From: Craspedostauros australis
Lineage: Eukaryota
Direction of reading: 5' to 3'
NCBI GenBank assembly: GCA_030167865.1
Contig: JALAGF010000383.1
Location: forward strand, 62,001 to 126,000
Length of the DNA stretch: 64,000 nt
Positions 58,453 through 64,000 of the stretch are shown here, in pieces. The position numbers and the translations under genes are program-made. A model generated the notes under the pieces. The model was not told the origin of the DNA. It did no database searches and worked only from the letters and a program-made list of their open reading frames with translations. Each line of letters begins with the position of its first letter. Position 1 is the stretch's first letter.

Positions 58453-59562
58453 TCAAGTTTGTTCTCGATGGTAAATCCAGACGGGCGCCCCCCTCCAGGC
58501 ATTCTTTGTCCACGACATTTCCACATGCTCCATCTCCGGTTTTTGGAATCCCATCCGGTTCTCTGTGTTACGCATACGAGTCTCCAAAGGTCCATTCCGA
58601 TACTGGTGGGCTGAATTTTCTGCGCATGGAATATTCTCAGCGTCACCAGCAAATTCACCACCGGGGTTGGGCACGCCTCGGAGCTGATTTGGGAATGGCC
58701 GAAGTGATGCGATGCACTTGAGGTTTGGACAATCACGCCAACCGTCCTCGCACAGTTTTTCCTCCAGCTGACGCAGAACGTCAGACGGGAAGCACAGCGA
58801 CGAAACGAAGAGATGTGTGGTTTGCGATAAATCTGCATCGACCAAATCGCCCTCCACAAATCCGATCGTCCTGTGCTTTGCATATTGGTGGCCTTCCAGG
58901 TTCGCGATGATGCTGTGAAATGAACGCAACTCCTCGCTGCGCCTCAGTCGACCCCATGCCTGCACCGCCTGCGCATGCCGGCTGGCAACGAGCTCGATAC
59001 CTCGGCTATCCCTCAAATGCGGTATCTCCAAGTACGCCTGGACCACCAGCTTTCCAACGCCAGATCCCATGTCCATAAAGTTGACTTCGTCAGATGCCGA
59101 CTGCGCATGAGATGAATAGAGTCCCATATGATGAAATAGCTGCCTGGCGCCGGTGGTCGTCACTTCACCGTACGTGAATCTAGTTTGGTGATCTCGGAAC
59201 GGATCGGAAAAAACTGATTCTGCAGAATAGGAAGACTCGTATTGGTCAGAGCGCGTTGCCAATCTGCTGTCGCATCCAGCGCCTGTGCCGCTCGCAGTGC
59301 CAGTACTACTTGCAGTTGTAGTGACAACGCCAGGAGCAGGGCCATCGATCCCATCGCCATACCCGGCATCGTCCACCCAGAATGGTTCGGCTCCATTTCC
59401 ACGTTGCGGTTGGAAGATGAGATCGATGCAACGTCGGGAGCGGTACACGTCCCAGCTCGATGGGATCGGTTCCGCGCAGGGTAGATGGGAATCAATCACG
59501 TCGGGCGGCAGAAGGATGATCGATCCCACAACCTGCGACAACCAACCGGAGAAGCATAGCAT
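58453..59562 (-). CDS. DOT1-like class I SAM-dependent methyltransferase, 369 aa
   Basis: TYGEVT, FMDMGSGVGKLV, GIELVASRH, FVEGDL, THLFVSSLCF and a terminal VEMSW, matching the compact DOT1-like pattern. Start uncertain. Confidence 0.8.
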   Translation of the reverse strand: MLCFSGWLSQVVGSIILLPPDVIDSHLPCAEPIPSSWDVYRSRRCIDLIFQPQRGNGAEPFWVDDAGYGDGIDGPAPGVVTTTASSTGTASGTGAGCDSRLATRSDQYESSYSAESVFSDPFRDHQTRFTYGEVTTTGARQLFHHMGLYSSHAQSASDEVNFMDMGSGVGKLVVQAYLEIPHLRDSRGIELVASRHAQAVQAWGRLRRSEELRSFHSIIANLEGHQYAKHRTIGFVEGDLVDADLSQTTHLFVSSLCFPSDVLRQLEEKLCEDGWRDCPNLKCIASLRPFPNQLRGVPNPGGEFAGDAENIPCAENSAHQYRNGPLETRMRNTENRMGFQKPEMEHVEMSWTKNAWRGAPVWIYHREQT

Positions 59563-60354
59563 GGGATTGTATCACCGTTGCTCTTCAGCTCTTCTGTTGC
59601 TCTGCTTTTCTCTCCTCTGCGAGTACTAGTGTGGACACTGTCTCTTCGTTCTTGCGTCGTTCTGCGTCACGTTGTGGGATGGCCTCCTTAGTATGTGACA
59701 TCTATGTATCCGATGTAAAGTATGGTATGATGCCATGGAAGTATAATAATATAGCACGACCTGGAGAGAAGGAAAGCTCGAACGATGCGGGCTCATCGGC
59801 AGAGCATGGTGTCATCATCGTATCTTCTGTGTGGGTGTCGGCACCAGATTGTCCAGCACCGAATGTGTCATCGTCGATGGTTTGATCGGACGAGTCATCC
59901 GCAACCCGAATATGCATCCGACAGACAGACTTCGCGCCAAAACGCCTCCGCGAACGTGTTGGGACTTCGCTGGCTCGAATTCTGGCGATTGTCTCGCGAA
60001 CCAAAACAGAAGCGTTTCACACAAAAACGCTGCGCCCACAAAACCACGCTCTTCCGAGAAAGCTTGTTGTCAAAGTTCATGACAAAGCATCGCCAACGAG
60101 ATGACAACCAACCAGATACGCAAACCACATCAAATCACATTTCTCCATTCTACTCTCCTGCACTCTCCAAAGTGGAGCCAACTGAACTCCATTCATCTCA
60201 ATTCCACTCCGCAAAGACAATACCGAATACAACAACATCCCCAAGAGGCAACTTCCTGATCCAAATCACCGCCGTTCAGAGGATCACCCATACAGTTACC
60301 TGAGCGTACTATACACCCTGCTGCTGAATTCCAATTGAAATCGAGTCTGGGACA

Positions 60355-63300
60355 ATGAAGTTCTGCTACTGTGTGGTGCACGGGAGAGAACTGGGGATCT
60401 TCTTCTCATGGGATGAGACCAAGAAGCATGTGATTGGCTTCTCGAACGCCTCGTACCAAGGATGCGAGACGCTCTCCGAAGCCAAGGCGTACATGCGGCT
60501 GTGCGGGATGGTCCCACGAAAGGAGGTCAAGGCGGATCAAACGCCTGCCGCGGACGAAGGCTTGTTGTCGTCAAAGGGTTGGACGACGCGCATCCTTTAC
60601 GTTGATGCGGCACCCAGAAGCACCACGCGGGGGTCATCGTCGCCTTACTTTCAAGCCAAGCAGGACAACAAGCGAACGCATGAAGAAATCATCTCCATTT
60701 GTTCCTCCGATAAGGAAGATCAACCCAGCACAACCGCCACCAAAAGTCGTCGAAAGACCAATGGCGTTGCAACACGAGTGCAACCTCGCCGCGGTGCCAA
60801 GGCAACGCCGTGCGATGAGTCAAGCCATCCCAAGAATGAAGGTTGCGGTGCCACTGGCACAGCCACTGCTCGCATCTCTGCTAGTAACAGAAAGAGCGAA
60901 AGTGATTCTCCAACCATCAACAATCGCAGCAGCAGCAGCAGCAGTCCATGTGGCAAGTCAAAGAACAACAACTTTGCGAAGAATGAGGCGGATCGCCACC
61001 CCAGCAACGAATATGTCGACAACGATCTTTACCTCGACGACTACGACAATGATTATCATCACGAGCACGACCATGAGCATGACCATGGGCACCACGATGA
61101 TCATGACGATGAGGACGAACGACACGATGATCATGAAGACTACTGTGGCTACGAACAGGATGTCTACGAACAGGCTGAATACGAACGAGACTGCGACGAA
61201 CGACATGCTGAGGAGCAGCATGCGCAAGAACAGTATGACTACGAACAGGATGCCTACGAACATGAGGAGTACGAACGAGAATGCGATGAACGACGTGCCG
61301 AAGAGCAGGATGCCTACGAACAGGATGATTACAGACGACGGCGCGAAGAAGAGTACGCACTCGATCCTGTCCAACAACTCGCCGTAGACGCCGCCTTGGA
61401 GGGCAAGAACATTTTCCTCACTGGCCTTGCCGGCACAGGAAAGTCATTGGTGACGAAAATCATCGTTCAGAATGCACAAAGCCAGAATCGTCAAGTCGCC
61501 GTGGCTGCTCCCACTGGAGTCGCAGCCGTCAACCTCGGCTTGGGTGCGCAGACCCTGCATTCCCTTGCTGGTGTCCGTGTGCCGCAACGAGCTCGTGATT
61601 TCGGTAAGTTGCAGATGATTGTCGTGTTGTGTCATGGTGGGGATGGGATGCTTGGACAAATACATAGGAGGCCATGTTAGTTTTCTTCTTCACTGTCCCC
61701 CCTCCCCTATCGGAGGTGCATGCCATCTCGCTTTTCTTCGGTTCTTCGTCCAACGCATGCATGCATGTATACAAGCGAGCAGGTCAAGCAGAAGACGATG
61801 GAGAAGACAAACGACCGACAGAACGGAACGAGAGACAACAGAGCACCCGTGGATGCGTATCATTTGACCTTCGTTGACGCAGCTACTGTGTTCTCGAGAA
61901 GCACGTTGCCACTCAACTCTATGCTCTCCTCCACACGCTGCCATGCTCTGCTGGCAATAAGATGTGGCTCGCCTCCCCTCTTGGTTCTCACCTTCCGACT
62001 GTCAATTCTCTTCGTTTTCTGCCGTGATTTTCCGTGCTGTTGCTCGCGCTCATGCTTGCTTTGTTACATTTTGATACACCGTACCACACCAAACAATGCC
62101 ATGCCATGCCATATCATACCATGACGCATTCCACTTTCTCACACCGTCTACCAGGCACGATGCATGGCTGGGAGAATTCAAAGAAATGGAGGCAGATGGA
62201 AGTCTTGGTGATCGATGAGATTGGTATGGTGAAGGCCGACTTTCTCGACTTTCTGGATGTGACGGTGCGAAACATTCGTCACAGACCGCATGCTCCATTT
62301 GGTGGCATTCAACTGATCTTCGTCGGTGACTTCGCTCAGCTCGGTCCGGTGCCTGGATCGCTTTCTCTGCGTCGTGATCACGCTTACAAACCAGGGGAGG
62401 ATGGCGCAGATTGCTTCCTTGAAGTGCAGGATTGCACAGCGTACGCATTCCAAAGCGCGTGCTGGCGAGAAGCAAACTTCCACCACATCCGCCTGAACAA
62501 AGTGTTCCGCCAAGCCGACATGGATTTTGTGGCGGCGCTGACTGATTTGCGCGAGTCGAGGTCCGGATCCGATCGCGTCAGCCGGATGATCAAGGATTGC
62601 GCCAAGCCGCTGGCGAGAAGGAAGGACTTGAAAATCCCGGAGGGCATCGAGCCGACCATACTGTACTGCACCAACGCCAAGGTCGACAGACAGAATTCGG
62701 ATGCCCTTCGGTCACTGAATACCGAGAGACAAGTGTACAAGGCGGTGGATACCACCAGCGTGGACGACGAAGTCCGCCCAGGCTACGCGGATTCCATGAA
62801 GCGGACGCTCACGAAAGACAAGTTCTTCGAGCAGTGTCAGGCCTCCAAGCACTTGGAATTGAAGCTCGGTGCCCAGGTGATGCTGCTGCAGAACTTCAGC
62901 CAACTGGGTCTCGTCAATGGCAGCCGTGGCGTCGTCGAATCCTTCGAGCCTTGTCCCGTGGCGGTGGATGTGAGTGGAGAAGAGAATTTGATCCGCCCCG
63001 ACGATCACGAGAAGTTCGAAGGACGCATGTTCGAGAAGATCAAGATCGGGATGCAGCTCCGCTTCGATGACAAGGTGTGGACGGTGAAACGATTCAAGAA
63101 GTTCCCCCTCGTCAAATTTCTGAATGGACAGCAGCAGATCATGGTCCCTAGCAACTTCGAGCGGACCATGTACAGGAAGGGCGTGTGCCGCAGGACACAG
63201 ATTCCGTTGCGGCTGGCGTGGGCGTTGACGGTTCACAAGTCGCAGGGTTCGACATTGGATTTGGTCGTGGCGGATCTAAAGGGCTGCTTCTCTCCTGGTC

Positions 63301-64000
63301 AAGCGTACGTGGCGCTGAGCCGTGCCAAGTCGAAAGAAGGACTGCAGATCCGCAACTTCAGCAAGACCACGGTCCTGACAGACCGGCTGGTGGAAGGGTT
63401 CTATCAGGCCGTGGATGATGGCGGTATGGCGAAATTCCTCAAAGAACAAGCTGGCATCTGGTGGTTCCCTGTCCTGAAGCACGCGGACTGGCTCACCATG
63501 TTCCAACGTGCATCGAGCGCCGAAGGCAAGGCGAGCGCGAAACAGTTTTGCCACTGGCTCTCCAAATACAAGCCGAAGGCGAGCTACAAAGGTTGGTGTG
63601 GGTACAAACGCAGCTTCGTGTCGTATTCAGGCCCCTCCTCCAAGCCTGTCACTCCATCGCCCTTGAGGCAGAAGGCGTCCACAAGAACCACCCACGCAAC
63701 GACGACCGCAGGAGATGACAGTGACGGTTCTGATGGCTGGAAGCAGCTGAAGCTGACCTTCGGCGCAGGTGCGGGCAGTGCGTGCAAGTATGGAGGCAGC
63801 GGTGGCTTCGTCAAGGCTTCGACGCTGTTGCAGCGCAACGCCACTCACGCCAGCGGTTCAAAGAAGGCGACGAAGTCTGTAAGCGGCCAATCCTTGAAGA
63901 GCAAGACAGTCGACACGCAGAAAAAGAGGACGTTGCCGTCGTACGCTGACATCATGAGCATCCCCGACGACCTCAGCAGTCTCGATGGGTGTGGTGATGG
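60355..64000 (+). CDS. PIF1-family SF1B DNA helicase with N-terminal RNase H1 hybrid-binding (Cauli_VI-like) domain; 3'-truncated by the window edge
   Basis: Exon 1 is 60355-61603, intron 61604-62154 (gtaagt..ccag, phase 1), and exon 2 runs from 62155 with no stop to 64000 (missed by the ORF track). Motifs: IFLTGLAGTGKS, VAAPTGVAA, QTLHS, LVIDEIGMV, PFGGIQLIFVGDFAQLGPV, LNKVFRQ, LKLGAQVMLLQN..LVNGSRGVV, QIPLRLAWALTVHKSQGSTLD and GQAYVALSRA. Confidence 0.93.
61150..61329 (+). repeat. Coding tandem duplication with ~90-nt period (acidic YEQD repeats) in the PIF1 linker
   Basis: tacgaacaggatgtctacgaac... at 61150 and tacgaacaggatgcctacgaac... at 61240, encoding YEQDVYEQAEYERDCDERHAEEQ and YEQDAYEHEEYERECDERRAEEQ. 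Confidence 0.85.

Noticed and set aside
58453-59562. Calling the methyltransferase a bona fide H3K79 DOT1
   Set aside because: Only the compact catalytic motifs are seen, and the substrate cannot be inferred from sequence alone, so no gene symbol was given.
60355-64000. PIF1 as part of a Helitron
   Set aside because: There is no Rep/HUH endonuclease motif upstream. The gene has a normal intron and host codon usage, and sits head-to-head with a cellular gene.

Overview
This is gene-dense eukaryotic nuclear DNA with GT-AG introns, CA/GA microsatellites and GC-rich codon usage. The gene families and intron style suggest a diatom or related stramenopile, which is an inference. I found no rRNA, tRNA, CRISPR array or intact mobile element. 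Sixteen protein-coding genes can be read, left to right: (1) a >1840-aa ankyrin-repeat protein that runs off the left edge and is missed by the ORF track (possibly a tankyrase/PME-5-like PARP); (2) a 5-exon, ~2119-aa, probably secreted DUF1800-DUF1501 fusion; (3) an ABCC/MRP transporter; (4) a membrane App1-like HAD phosphatase with six TPYG-type repeats; (5) a BTB protein; (6) a 3-exon heat-shock factor; (7) a small membrane protein (weak); (8) an MFS-like transporter interrupted by a CRAL-TRIO/Sec14 domain; (9) TMEM18; (10) RPL5; (11) phytochelatin synthase; (12) a membrane RING-H2 E3; (13) an atypical SDR; (14) a bacterial-type CBM9-like protein; (15) RPN3; (16) a DOT1-like methyltransferase. 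A seventeenth gene, a PIF1 helicase with an N-terminal RNase H1-type hybrid-binding domain, runs off the right edge. A ~4-kb A+T-shifted decayed island lies between genes 3 and 4. The most interesting items are domain fusions: HBD-PIF1, DUF1800-DUF1501, MFS-Sec14 and App1 with repeats. All family calls come from motif recognition by eye, not database searches, so I cannot confirm that any of these architectures is undescribed.
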